From Eledone cirrhosa (lineage: Eukaryota): 64,000 bases of DNA. The DNA is taken from positions 24,304,001 through 24,368,000 of the forward strand of contig OZ024746.1 of NCBI GenBank assembly GCA_964016885.1. Direction: 5' to 3'. Shown in pieces: positions 13,995 to 28,099 of this stretch. How positions within the stretch are numbered: the stretch's first letter is position 1; each line of letters begins with the position of its first letter. The notes beneath the pieces are model-generated. The model saw only the letters and a list, made by a program, of their open reading frames with translations, was not told the DNA's origin and ran no database searches. Both the position numbers and the translations under genes were made by a program.

Positions 13995-16900
13995 GAGCTG
14001 GTGCTGATGATAGTGGTGGTGCTGGTGATTGTGGTGGTGCTGGTGATAGTGGTGGTGGTAGTGGTGATAGTGGTGGTGCTGATGATAGTGGTGGTGCTGG
14101 TGATTGTGGTGGTGGTGGTGGTGCTGGTGCTGGTGATTGTGGTGGTGCTGATGATAGTGGTGGTGGTGATTGTGGTGGTGGTGATAGTGGTGGTGGTGGT
14201 GATTGTGGTGGTGGTGATAGTGGTGGTGGTGGTGATTGTGGTGGTGCTGATGATTGTGGTGGTGGTGGTGGTGCTGGTGATTGTGGTGGTGGTGGTGGTG
14301 CTGGTGCTGGTGATTGTGGTGGTGCTGATGATAGTGGTGGTGGTGATTGTGGTGGTGGTGATAGTGGTGGTGGTGGTGATAGTGGTGGTGGTGGTGATTG
14401 TGGTGGTGCTGGTGATAGTGGTGGTGCTGGTGATTGTGGTGGTGCTGGTGATTGTGGTGGTGCTGGTGATTGTGGTGGCGCTGGTGATTGTGGTGGTGCT
14501 GGTGATAGTGGTGGTGCTGGTGATTGTGGTGGTGCTGGTGATAGTGGTGGTGGTGGTGATAGTGGTGGTGGTGGTGATTGTGGTGGTGCTGGTGATAGTG
14601 GTGGTGCTGATGATTGTGGTGGGGCTGATGATAGTGGTGGTGCTGATGATAGTGGTGGTGGTGCTGGTGATAGTGGTGGTGCTGGTGATAGTGGTGGTGC
14701 TGGTGATAGTGGTGGTGCTGATGATTGTGGTGGTGCTGGTGATAGTGGTGGTGCTGGTGATAGTGGTGGTGCTGGTGATAGTGGTGGTGCTGATGATAGT
14801 GGTGGTGCTGGTGATAGTGGTGGAGCTGATGATAGTGGTGGTGGTGGTGATAGTGGTGGTGGTGGTGATAGTGGTGGTGTTGATGATTGTGGTGGTGCTG
14901 ATGATAGTGGTGGTGCTGGTGATAGTGGTGGAGCTGATGATTGTGGTGGTGGTGGTGATAGTGGTGGTGCTGATGATAGTGGTGGTGCTGGTGATAGTGG
15001 TGGAGCTGATGATTGTGGTGGTGGTGGTGATAGTGGTGGTGCTGATGATTGTGGTGGTGGTGGTGATAGTGGTTGTGGTGGTGCTGATGATAGTGGTGGT
15101 GGTGGTGATAGTGGTGGTGCTGATGATAGTGGTGGTGCTGGTGATAGTGGTGGAGCTGATGATTGTGGTGGTGGTGGTGATAGTGGTGGTGCTGATGATA
15201 GTGGTGGTGCTGGTGATAGTGGTGGAGCTGATGATTGTGGTGGTGGTGGTGATAGTGGTGGTGCTGATGATTGTGGTGGTGGTGGTGATAGTGGTGGTGG
15301 TGGTGATAGTGGTGGTGGTGGTGATTGTGGTGGTGCTGGTGATAGTGGTGGTGGTGGTGATAGTGGTGATGGTGGTGATAGTGGTGGTGGTGGTGATTGT
15401 GGTGGCGCTGGTGATTGTGGTGGTGGTGGTGATAGTGGTGGTGGTGGTGATAGTGGTGGTGCTGGTGATAGTGGTGGAGCTGATGATTGTGGTGGTGGTG
15501 GTGATAGTGGTGGTGCTGATGATTGTGGTGGTGGTGGTGGTGATAGTGGTGGTGGTGGTGGTGATTGTGGTGGTGCTGGTGATAGTGGTGGTGGTGGTGA
15601 TAGTGGTGGTGGTGGTGATAGTGGTGGTGGTGGTGATTGTGGTGGTGGTGGTGATAGTGGTGGTGCTGATGATTGTGGTGGTGGTGGTGGTGATAGTGGT
15701 GGTGGTGGTGGTGATTGTGGTGGTGCTGGTGATAGTGGTGGTGGTGGTGATAGTGGTGGTGGTGGTGATAGTGGTGGTGGTGGTGATAGTGGTGGTGCTG
15801 GTGATAGTGGTGGAGCTGATGATTGTGGTGGTGGTGGTGATAGTGGTGGTGCTGATGATTGTGGTGGTGGTGGTGATAGTGGTGGTGGTGGTGATTGTGG
15901 TGGTGCTGATGATTGTGGTGGGGCTGATGATAGTGGTGGTGCTGATGATAGTGGTGGTGGCGCTGGTGATAGTGGTGGTGGTGGTGATAGTGGTGGTGCT
16001 GGTGATAGTGGTGGTGCTGGTGATAGTGGTGGTGCTGATGATTGTGGTGGTGCTGGTGATAGTGGTGGTGCTGGTGATAGTGGTGGTGGTGGTGCTGGTG
16101 ATTGTGGTGGTGCTGGTGATTGTGGTGGTGCTGGTGATTGTGGTGGTGCTGGTGATAGTGGTGGTGCTGATGATTGTGGTGGTGCTGGTGATAGTGGTGG
16201 TGCTGGTGATAGTGGTGGTGCTGATGATAGTGGTGGTGCTGGTGATAGTGGTGGTGCTGGTGATAGTGGTGGTGCTGATGATAGTGGTGGAGCTGATGAT
16301 AGTGGTGGTGGTGGTGATAGTGGTGGTGGTGGTGATAGTGGTGGTGCTGATGATAGTGGTGGAGCTGATGATAGTGGTGGTGGTGGTGATAGTGGTGGTG
16401 GTGGTGATAGTGGTGGTGCTGATGATAGTGGTGGAGCTGATGATAGTGGTGGTGGTGGTGATAGTGGTGGTGGTGGTGATAGTGGTGGTGCTGATGATAG
16501 TGGTGGAGCTGATGATAGTGGTGGTGGTGGTGATTGTGGTGGTGCTGGTGATTGTGGTGGTGGTGGTGATAGTGGTGGTGGTGGTGATAGTGGTGGTGCT
16601 GGTGATAGTGGTGGAGCTGATGATTGTGGTGGTGGTGGTGATTGTGGTGGTGCTGGTGATAGTGGTGGTGGTGGTGATAGTGGTGGTGCTGGTGATAGTG
16701 GTGGAGCTGATGATTGTGGTGGTGGTGGTGATAGTGGTGGTGGTGGTGATAGTGGTGGTGGTGGTGATTGTGGTGGTGCTGGTGATAGTGGTGGTGGTGG
16801 TGATAGTGGTGGTGGTGGTGATAGTGGTGGTGGTGGTGATTGTGGTGGTGCTGGTGATAGTGGTGGTGGTGGTGATAGTGGTGGTGGTGGTGATAGTGGT

Positions 16901-17515
16901 GGTGGTGGTGATTGTGGTGGTGGTGGTGATAGTGGTGGTGGTGGTGATAGTGGTGGTGGTGGTGATAGTGGTGGTGGTGGTGATTGTGGTGGTGCTGGTG
17001 ATAGTGGTGGTGGTGGTGATAGTGGTGGTGGTGGTGATAGTGGTGGTGCTGATGATTGTGGTGGTGGTGGTGATAGTGGTGGTGGTGGTGATAGTGGTGG
17101 TGGTGGTGATTGTGGTGGTGCTGGTGATAGTGGTGGTGGTGGTGATAGTGGTGGTGGTGGTGATAGTGGTGGTGGTGGTGATTGTGGTGGTGCTGGTGAT
17201 AGTGGTGGTAGTGATGATTGTGGTGGTGCTGGTGATAGTGGTGGTGGTAGTGGTGGTGCTGATGATAGTGGTGGTAGTAGTGGTGATAGTGGTAGTGGTG
17301 GTGCTGATGATAGTGGTGGTAGTAGTGGTGATAGTGGTAGTGGTGGTGCTGATGATAGTGGTGGTAGTAGTGGTGATAGTGGTAGTGGTGGTGATGATGA
17401 TAGTAGTGGTAGTAGTGGGGATAGTGGTAATAGTGGTGCTGATGGAAATAATGGTGATGGTGCTGATGGTGATGGTGATGTTAGTAGTAGTGGTGGTGAT
17501 GGTGGTGGTGGTGTT
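13995..17515. repeat. GTG-rich minisatellite, about 18-bp unit gtggtggtg(c/g)tg(g/a)tgat(a/t), about 3.5 kb
   Basis: Direct tandem periodicity; gives rise to the spurious 1230-aa poly-Val ORF. Confidence 0.95.
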
Positions 17516-17745
17516 TGTGTGTAAGAGTGTGTGGGTGTGGGTACATGTATAATTTTATTCAGCTACTTGTTTCTGTTATTAGGCTGCAGTAATGCTGGGG
17601 CACCGCTTTTAAGGAATATAGTCGATCATATCATCTCCAATATCTTTTTTCACGTCTTGTATTTATTTTATCGATAACTTTTTGTCGAACTGCTAAGTTA
17701 TGGGACATAAACAAAGAGTAGATGTAAACACAGATACAATAACAC

Positions 17746-17779
<34 letters not shown>

Positions 17780-17780
<1 letters not shown>

Positions 17781-18004
17781 ACGAAGGAAATGTGGTAAGG
17801 AACCAGGTGGACCATAACGCACCAAAGTACTCAATACTTAGGGTAGTAGAGTGGGTAATAGGAACGAGTAGGACCCCGACGGCTGAGCTCAAGCCGTTTC
17901 GACGGCTAATTCTGGACTTTTTTTTATTTATTATTTTTTTTTTTAGTCCAGAATTAACCATCGAAACGGCTTGAGCTCAGCCGTCGGGGTCCTACTCGTT
18001 CTTA
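17780..18004 (-). mobile_element. Fold-back half-hammerhead element, copy 2
   Basis: Reverse-orientation homolog of 5843-6046 with a T-rich spacer; flanked by (TA)n on both sides. Confidence 0.7.
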
Positions 18005-21000
18005 TATATATATATATATAAGAACGAGTAGGACAATATATATACAAAGCCCCAAATTCGTCCTCATTTTCAGCTGAGCAGCGTAAAATGAAGGGTTTTG
18101 CTCAAGAACACAACGAACCCACATTCCGTTCGTAAGCTCAACATCCTAACCACTCGACCGACTGCCTTCACTATATCAGGTCCCTGGTTTCTTTGCTGAG
18201 GGTCGGGGATCATGGACAATTACATCAATGCTAATCTATATGATGCTGTGCGCCTGTAGTTCTCATCTGGGTAAATGTGACGTCGGTGTGTCCCGAATCC
18301 TTGTCCGACCATTACACGGAAGCTAGATACCGAACTGCAGTTCATCCGCCTTCTTCGCAAGTATGAAGACGTTGGCCACTTGAAAGGCTGCCATCTAATT
18401 AACTAAGGAATCCCATGAGCCCCGGAAGGCTACCGAGCTCTGTCTATCCGTTTTGATTTACACACACTATTGAAAGGCCGTTATCTCTCCAGAGTTCTGT
18501 TTCTTCAGATTCGTAGAAAAAGAAGCAGAACTAGACCTGTGTGAGTAATTAACGTAATCTAATACATGTATACATATATATACACACATATGTGTGTAAG
18601 ACAGACGCTCACACTTATATATGCATGGACGAAATAGAACTAGTCAAAACACGTACAACCATTATTCAACTTAGTACTCCATGCTTAAGGAAAGTAGGGA
18701 ATAGATATTTTTATAGGATAGAATGCCCAACGGTCAAGCTTAAACCGTATCGATGCCATTAAAATAGACTACTACAACTTTATCCATCTGCTGAATTTTA
18801 TCTCTATATCAAACCTTCATCTCACCAGCTCCGTAGACTTGGCAATGATGCACAACAATGATATAAATATCCATATGCACGCTAGAAAAACTCAGTTCTT
18901 TGATAATGATTCCATCTGAATTAAAAAATTAGATTCTAGTATGAGGTTATTTAACAGCGCAGAAATATACTATTTTTTTAGAGATTGACATATAGAGATG
19001 AAGGGTTGGCTATATCTCAGTATGTCAATAGATGTTGCGATTAGAAAATACATTAACATCTTCAATCACTTTGGTTAAAAAATAACTATCACCACTAACT
19101 TAAGTATTGTAAAAAAAAAAATTCTAACTTAGATGTTACCTTAAAGTTTACCACAGAAACATATTATAATGGAGCAAACCCAATGAAAAGGCCACATAGG
19201 TTCCTATCAATCGCCCATGGTTTTCAAAAACCTGATTATTTCAATACAAGAGTATTTAGTGTGTGATAGAATAAAGAAATCTGCTTAAATGTAGGCTTTA
19301 AAATATCTAAAGTAGTCTTGAGCCCAAAGACGCATCTGGCTGGTGCTTGTACCGATTTCCTAGTCGTTAAGCGGCTGAGAGTACAAGACTTCCCCCTGGA
19401 AAGGACGCTGGTCTATCACAGGGATAAACCACCAGCTACACAGTTTCAATTGAGAATATTGGAGAAACGTGAAATGAAGTGTTTTGCTCAAAAGGATTTG
19501 AACTCAGAACGTAAAGGACCATGACTATATATCGCAAAGCATGTTTAAATAACGAGAAACCCAAAATGTTGAATTATATACAAAAATTTATCAAAAGACG
19601 TGGAGGAAAAAATAGCCACCCAAGACATTTATAATGGCAAAAGTAGAGTCACTTTACCCGAACAAAGTCATTTGAAATAATTATTTGAAAAATTAGAATA
19701 TTTCTATATCGACTGTGTATGTTATTTGTAGAATCAACAATGGAAGATCAATCTGGCTTTATTTAGTACATAAAATATTTTACTATTCAAAAAACTCTGA
19801 AAATATGTTAACATTAAATATACGTGTGTGTATGTATGCATATATATATGTCTGTGTATATGTACATGTATGTAGAATCTAACGATAACAGTATGAGTCA
19901 ACCAAAGAAAGGTCATCACGTTTTTTGGTTCACTTATTCAAGTGAACAATCTCAGTTGGGTGTTGACTCATGACCCCAGCGACACAATTATACAGAGGTG
20001 TTACGCAAGAGGTGTATTGAAAGAGTCAGTCCAATTCGCAAAATTATCTAGCAAAATAAAAAAGAAGAAAAGTGTGAATCATCTTTTTCGTCCCTGTAAC
20101 CAATTAAAAATCATCTCAGCATGTTCCACTGTGACTTGTTGAAATGACAAAACGATTTGGCTACATCAATATTAAAGTTTATCTTATTGTTCTTAAAATT
20201 CCACAGTCTGGTACTTTTTTTCATCGACCTCGAAAGGATGAAAGATAAAGTTGATCTTAGCAGGATTTGAACTCAGAGAGTAGAGATCCGGGACGAATAC
20301 AACAAACCATTCTATCCTACGTGCTAACGACTCTGTCAATTCGCCGCCATTTCCCAATATTAGGTGTTGTAAAATAAACTGTAATATACATCTGGTTAAT
20401 GATCTTATACGTATGGTTTAACATTTTAAAGAAAATGTTATTCTAATTTTTTTTAATTATTTAAGAGGGATTATATCAGGTTATTTTCCTGTTTCTATTT
20501 TTATTCCTATTGGTGTCGGGTGGTGGATTATCTCATCTAATATATTTAATTTTATCAGTAAAACTATTAGGTTTGAGAGCATCATTATAAGGGGGGGGGC
20601 GTCATTAGAAATAGCATGAATCGACGAGAGTTAATAAAAATATGTAATATATATCCCTAAGCTTATTTAAAATATTTATTAGGTTACAAAATCTATTAAC
20701 GTGATTTTAGTGAATTACTGGGATTACTAAACGATGAAAAACTACGTTGTTGAAATGGGTGTGTAATCAAAATGGTTAGTTACCTTAATATATATATATA
20801 TATATATTCTTTACCATTAACATAATCATATATATAACACGAATTCTTTTTAGAGAAGGGCCTCACATTTCTTATAGCTTAGGGCCTCAGCAGATGAAAG
20901 CCCGGCCCTGCATGCTTAGAAGAAATATATAAACAAGTTAGGAAATATAATCCAGCAATATCACTAATCTTCGAATGTGTCGCTCCCATACAAACATTGA

Positions 21001-21059
21001 AATGACCGAAAGGTTTTCGTTTGCTTGTTTTCTAATGTAGATGCTCTTGTACAAGATTA

Positions 21060-21490
21060 GGTTAGCGGAATCGGTAGAGCATCAGATAAAATACTTTGCG
21101 GTATTTAGTTACGACTAATGACTTTCTACGTTCTGAGTTCAAATCAATTTGCTGTTATCCTTCCGGAGTTTATATAAAGTACCAGTCACATACTGAAGGT
21201 TGATGTAATTGTCATTCCCTTCCCCACAAATTGTTGGTCTTGTACCTAAATTAGAAACCATTATAAGGGTGGATGATTGCCAGTATCAGTAGAACATTAG
21301 ACAAAATGCTTTGTGGTATTTAGATATGACTTTCTACGTTCCGAGTTCAAGTCCCACCGAGATTAACTTTGCTTTTCATCCTTCCAGAGGCCAATAAAAT
21401 AAAATACCAGTTACGTACTGAGATTGATATAATCGACTGTCCCTTTACCTTAAATTGCTGGCCCTGTGCCTATATTAGAAATAATTATAA
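21060..21490 (+). mobile_element. Tandem dimer of SINE family A
   Basis: Two head-to-tail copies, each with a gagttcaa B-box and a ...aaattagaaac / tattagaaat tail. Confidence 0.8.
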
Positions 21491-22295
21491 TACAAAATAG
21501 ATTTTCTAGCATGTAAAACAATATTAGTTTCCGTTGTAATTTGTGGAGAAATTATTAACGAAATTGATAGCATCCATTAAAAGGGTTCAGTAATGGTGAG
21601 ATAGTAAATCTCCAAACAACAGTTCTTTTTATTAGCTATGAGATGAAACTAAATGATTATATAATAGTTCTCCAACGAGGTAAGGTGAAACTTGTCTAAG
21701 TTTTCATATTATCTTAACTTGACTGTGTTTGCTTATAATACAAATATCCGTTTCTGTTCGGTTAATGAGTTTTGTAAAAGAGTTGTTCACGAAATCAGAC
21801 TTGTGGGCTTTATAAATGATAAGCATGCTTTGAAAAGCCAGTAACTCAATCTTCCGTTTAAATCGTCAACGATGTTATTATTAATTCTTTCTCTTTTTTG
21901 CTTCCATGTTTGTCATTAACGGTTAAAAGCTGTTAGCTGGTAATAAAATTAGATAAGAATTTATGATAGTTACATATATATAGTTCGCAGGAGTTTTTAG
22001 CTTAATAAGAAGACACAAAAATACCTTTACTTTCGTAAAATCTTAATGTAGATGTTATATCCTTCATGAATTGGTTAGAATGATCTTGAAATTTCAAATT
22101 CTTTATATAATCCTAAACAGGTCTCCTTTGAATGGTTGTAACGGAATGTTCCGTGGATAACATAAGTTTAAAATCTAAACTCAAGACAAATGGGCATCGA
22201 TAACGTCTTCTTTCAAGAAAAATATTTTGTGAAATATTAGCAGGACCGGATTCCACATATTGAGGCCCTAACCTATATGAAATTTAAAGCCCTTC

Positions 22296-22338
<43 letters not shown>

Positions 22339-24448
22339 AGATAAAAAAATTCAATAATTATTCATGATTTGACTTTGCCTTTCATCCTTACGGGGTCGAT
22401 AAAATAAAGTACCAGTAATGCACTGGGTAATTGCTGGCCTTGTGCCTAAAGTAGAAACAATTATTTTTAATATTAATGTTAATGATAAATAAAAACATTT
22501 ATATGAATATATAATTGTTAATAAAAACTAATGATAAATGATGTTTTTTATAATGAGACCCCTGAGGGTGTGTGGCTCTAAGCTTATAGTTAAGTCCAGC
22601 ATTGAATATTTGGTTCCGTGAAGGAAACATTTCAAATAGAATTTGAGGGAGAGTAATGCAGTAATTTTTCATTGAAAGATAAAGTTGGTGTTTTTCCTTA
22701 CTTAAGATATGACAACTGAATTCAAATTCCGCCGAGGTCAACTTTACCTTTCATCCATTCGATGTCGAGGGCAACAATGCGGCTTTAACCAAACATTTTT
22801 TTAAGCTAGAGTCGAGAGATGTTGTGACAGAGGAGAGTAAGGTCTACGGTAGATCTATGTTTATGAAAGCTGTACTGGTGGCTAGAAAGAGAGGGGCGAG
22901 GAGGGAGAGGGAGAGAGAGATTGAAGATGTTGCTAATGGTTATCTCCACGGCCTTTGATATGTGGCAATTTAAGGTGATAGTTGATTGTTTGCAGCGTCA
23001 AGAAGGATCTCCCTTCTTGCGAATGAGATATGGTGTAGAGTTTTAAAAGGTTGAGATATATATCTGGAGAGAGAGAGAAAAAGAGAAGGAAAACAATTTG
23101 CTGTCTGCTCGTGTATATGTTTGTACGTCACTATGGTGATTCTTTTGTAAAAAATTTGGCAAGTGCGAAGAAGAACGTTTCATTAATGAGACCTAATAAG
23201 GCCAGAACGTGTCTGGAATTATCACCCATATTTGCTTAGGTTAAAATGGTGTTAGTCATTGAGCTAATTTTTTTCTAAAGACCACATAAGTATTATTCAT
23301 TCATTAGTTTTTTCCTTCGTTACATTAAATATGACGGCATTTTTAAAAAAAATCGTTTCTTGTATACACAGACACACGCACCCATATGTATACAGACACT
23401 CATGCATGCATATACATATAATTACGACACCCTCTCTTGTTTAACAGGGGGCGGAGGAATCGAGATTGATTATCTTTTTTCTTTCCCTTTTTCCTCCTCA
23501 GCCCTAGGTTTTATTTTTTTATATATAATTGGAATCATATTTTTTTTAAACCACGTTTATTTAGTCCACATCTAAATGCGATACCGTTTCTACGTCGTTT
23601 CGTATCATCAGTACAGAATAATAGACTGTTACAGTTCGTTTTTAAGTTCATGTAATTTATTTCAAGTTAATTGGAGAAAACAACAAAATCAAAACAAGCA
23701 AAGTAAGACCAAGAAATAAGGATAAGACAAATTTCAGTCAGATTGTGGATTCAGACGTCTATTCTTTTTTAGTTCATTTTTGGAAAGTAAGAAATAGAAT
23801 GAAAATTGGAAAGAAATATATATATAATTGGAAAGAAATATATATATAATTAGAAAGTATATATATACATAAGAGTATAGAAAGAGAGAAAGAACGGGAA
23901 GAGAGAAACAAGAAAATTATTCAACAATGATGTATATTTTCATTTCTAAAGGAAAAGCAAGTCTTTGAAATTATTAGCTGAAATAGAATTTCTTTTTCTT
24001 CTTTTATTTTTTTTTGTTGTTTTTATTTTGTTTCTCGTCATTGATTTCCTATAATTTTCGGTACCAACTATTTTACTGGATATCCATTGTTGAGCTATAA
24101 AAAGTGTGGACATATAATCTCTTGAGGTAAGCGAACTCCTGTTACGTTACCTTTTCCATGACATCGTCACATATGTATGACTATTCCTTTCCAAATTTTA
24201 GTGCCCTCTCTTGTTTAACAAGGGAGGGAATCGAATGTTGCATTGGCAGAATTAGTCGGAGAACATACAATTTAAGTATCGTTTAGTAATTCAGGTAGTG
24301 TTTTATTAAATGATTTTTATATATTGAAATAGCAAAATTAATATATTTATTAGTAAAACCTCCGCTGACATCTAATAAATCAACAGATATCTAGAACTCA
24401 TTTCTATTCAATCATTTCATAATACAATGCAAATAACCTCATCAAATA

Positions 24449-24809
24449 CAGTATTTCCCCTATTATAAGATGAGTCTTACATTATTTTCCCTTAAAAAAT
24501 GGCACTAGGGTTTATTATCGGGGTAGGGCTTATATTTTTACACAAAAATAGCAACACAAGAGTTTTGATAAAAGCATCAGTATACTATGCCGTATCTTAA
24601 TTTATTAAAATAAAGGATTTATATTATAGAGTTTAAAACAATATCACTAGTAAGACTCTGGAAATTTGCGTTTTATTTTATTTTATTTTATTTTATTTTA
24701 ATTTTTCTCGCAAAATGCGTATTTTCGGGTTAGGGCTTATATTAGACAGTAACATAAAAATCATGCTAGGCTTATTTTGGGAGTAGGTCTTATAATAGGG
24801 GAAACACAG
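24449..24809. mobile_element. Tc1/mariner-superfamily (pogo/Tigger-like) MITE
   Basis: ta|cagtatttcccctattataaga ... tcttataataggggaaacacag|ta: TIRs with TA TSD and internal tagggcttatatt subrepeats. Confidence 0.75.
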
Positions 24810-25939
24810 TAATTGATCAACATGTACTATATGCTTTCCAATCTTTTGGTTGGTGTTAACGACTGACTGCTCAACACTGGGCTAAGATATGTCTTTAGAA
24901 TTTAACCACATAATGTCTTCTGCCTATTCAAAATTCTCCTTTTATAGTTTTAAGTATGAGACAACTTTCATGAAAACAATTTAATTTTTTCTTCGCATCT
25001 CAATTTCTTTTTTCACCATATTCTTCAAGTTTTCTCGGCAAAGCCTTTGCATCTTGAAGCACAAGTTCAGTTTTTTTTTCGTTGTACTTCTCTACAACCA
25101 GAATCGATTTGTTGAAAATACTAAGCTAGTCATGTACAAATACATTTCTCAAAACAATCTTCTTGTACCCTCTAACAAGGAATCTATATCGAATAATGGT
25201 TTCTGATTTAGGCACACGGCCAACAATTTTGAAGGAAGGGGGAAAGTCGATTAAATCGACCCCAGTGTGTTACTTATATTTTATTTTATGGACCCTGTCT
25301 CCAGGCATGTTGTCTCTAGGCATGTTGTCTCCAGGCTGTTGTCTCCAGGCTTGTTGTCCGACGCTCTACCGATAAAAAAGTATCTAATCGTGACACATTA
25401 GCAAAAAGACTCGCGTTTTTTGGATTTGAGATTCCAAATGGTCTTTAATATCAGACCTATCTCCATGCAACACAAACAACTCTGCAAAACACAGATCACA
25501 TTTTACTCTATCAACGCAAAGCTTTTTTTTTTTTTTTTTTTCCTTAGAAAATTCTAATTCTTTTTGGATTCTTTCGTAAATGGACACGTTCTTTTCTGCA
25601 GTGTAAAAATAAATCAAAATTGTTTATGGAAAATATATGAAATGTCAAAATAAAGTGAAACATAAAATAAGTATCACAATTGGTTTATTCTGGGACACAC
25701 CGATACCAGTGAATAATATTGTAAGAAAAACAGCGACGAAATATGCAGATCTGATTAACTATTCATGAAGCAACGAAAACAAAACCATGCACCACAAAAG
25801 AATATGAATACTCACAGGAGAAAGGGTTTGTTTCTATAAATCTGTCTATGTGTGTGTATGTGAGGGAAAGAAGAATTGAGTTTGGTTGTCCATGCTCTGC
25901 AATCTGTCTCCGTTTCTCATGAAACGACCTTATATTAGT

Positions 25940-26610
25940 TTCTGGTTTAAGCTTAAGGCCAAACATTTTGGAGAAGTGGAAAGTCGATTAAATCAATCCC
26001 GGTACGTTACTGGTACTTTATTTTTTATCAACCCCGTAAGGATGAAAGGCAAAGTTAACCTCGGCGGGATTGAGCCCAGAACGTAAAGGCACATAACTCT
26101 ATGCCGCAAAGCATGTTGTCTGACGCTCTACCTATACTGCCAATCCACCGCTCTAATAATAATAATTGTTTCTACTTTTGGCACAATGCCAGCAATTACT
26201 CCAGTGCATTACTGGTACTTTATTTTATCGACCACGTAAGGATGAAAGGCAAAGTTAACCTCGGCGGGATTTGAACTCAGAACGTAAAGGAACGTAGCTC
26301 TGTGCCACAAAGCATGTTGTTCAATGCTCTCACAATACTGCCAATCCATAATAATAATAATTGTTTCTACTTTTGGCACAAGGCCAGCAATTATCCCAGT
26401 GCATTACTGGTACTTTATTTTATCGACCCCGTAAGGATGAAAGGCAAAGTTAACCTCGGCGAGATTTGAACTCAGACCATAAAGGGCCGTAACTCATTGC
26501 TGCAAAGCATGGTGTCCGACCCTCTACTGATACTGCCAATCCAATCCATAATAATAATAATAATTGTTTCTACTTTAGGCACAAGGCCAGCAATTACCCA
26601 GTGCATTACT
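25940..26610 (-). mobile_element. Tandem array of 3.3 SINE family A copies
   Basis: About 200-bp units separated by (aat)n tails, starting near 25940, 26160, 26360 and 26560. Confidence 0.85.
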
Positions 26611-26629
26611 ATAATAATAATAATGATGA

Positions 26630-26673
<44 letters not shown>

Positions 26674-27079
26674 AGAAAAAGAAAGAAAAACTACAGAATT
26701 TTTTTTTTAATGAATTGAATGTTACCCTTCCAGTTACATCCACCTCCCCTTCTGATATAGTCTGAATTACACTACACTGCCTTGTTTACGACCCCTGCAA
26801 TAATGAATTGTTTATTAGACTGCTAATCTGGTTACTAAGGTTAGAAAAAAATGATTGTCCCCAATATAATTGGTCCCCACCACCTGACCACCATCTTCAC
26901 TACAACTACATCGATCTCTACTCGGTTGGAAATTGGATCACTGGTCACGTAAGTACCAGATAAATTACGTTGAAATAAAAACAAAACAACAGAAAGAAAG
27001 AAGTTTTATGAAGTGTTTCTTCATCTTCTTTATTTGTGTTTATATCTGAGAAACAAATTGCATTACACACGCATACACA

Positions 27080-27138
<59 letters not shown>

Positions 27139-27496
27139 GGTGTCCAAAAAATGTATACACACTTCAACAGCATTCTATAATATATATATATTGGTTCAGA
27201 TCTATCTGTCGAAACGGCCGGAGCTCAGCCGTCGGGGTTCTAACTATTTTCCTATATATATAGTAATAATTGTTTCTACTTTAGGCACAAGGCCAGCAAT
27301 TACCCAGTGCATTACTGGTACTTTATTTTATCGACCCCGTAAGGAGGAAAGGCAAAGTCAACCTCGGCGGGATTTGAACTCAGATCGTAAAGGGACGTAA
27401 CTATGTAATAATAATAGTAATAATAATAAATGTGAAAACTAAAATCCAAAGAGGGCTCGATAAGAATGAATATATATCAAATATATAAGAACCTAC

Positions 27497-27803
27497 TTTT
27501 GAAAGTAGGTTTATAAGTATGAATTTTCATAAGATTTTCGCAGTTGTCTCAGTGGACTAGCGATAAGTACTAGAGACGGTGAGATCCTGGTCTTGGGTTC
27601 AATCCTGGTCGAGAGGTAAGCTTTTTTTTTTTTTTTTTTTTTTTTTCAGTTTTTATTTTACATCTCATAGAAAAAAACTGAAAACGTTTACCAGGATCGA
27701 ACTTCAGACCAGGATCACCACTGTCTATGATTCCCCCAACTAGGCCGCCGAGACAGCTACAAAAGTGTAATGAAAATTAATAATTATAAACCTACATTCA
27801 AAA
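27497..27803. mobile_element. Fold-back repeat with two convergent tRNA-like heads, copy 1
   Basis: Outer inverted ends tttgaaagtaggtttataa / ttataaacctacattcaaa; B-box gggttcaatcc on plus, ggatcgaac (B-box on minus); central T/A runs. Second copy at 55092-55393. Confidence 0.65.
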
Positions 27804-28021
27804 TCAAAGTTAAAAAGATGTGGTGTCATTCATGGCTTTCCTAGAGCTATTAGTCATATTTAGGGTCGACTTGTCAACCTTCTGGCACTTTTGGTAACAA
27901 TGGTAGAATTTGGATAGAATGATTTACAGTATTCGATCCAGCTCTCTGCCCTCTCAGATCAAATCCTGCCGAGGTCAACTTTGCCTTTCATCCTTTCGAA
28001 TTCGATAAAAAAAAATACCAG

Positions 28022-28099
<78 letters not shown>

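Noticed and set aside
13860-17552. 1230-aa Val-rich ORF
   Set aside because: It is the stop-free translation of an 18-bp GTG minisatellite, with a TTG start and no domain or plausible composition.
18180-18545. GC-richer unique-looking stretch, possible exon or retroelement fragment
   Set aside because: No ORF of 60 aa or more is listed here, and I recognise no protein motif or convincing splice pair.
20830-22300. Inverted pair of sequences at 20830-20910 and 22241-22300 as the TIRs of one element
   Set aside because: The cagg(g/a)ccgg termini lie on the inner sides, so they look like the right and left ends of two separate degenerate elements.
23577-23616. Minus-strand CTGATGA-tacg aaacga cgta-GAAA-cggTA, a hammerhead-like string
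   Set aside because: Stem I does not pair beyond 1 bp, it is single-copy here, and it is not in the (TA)n context of the other motifs; may be chance.
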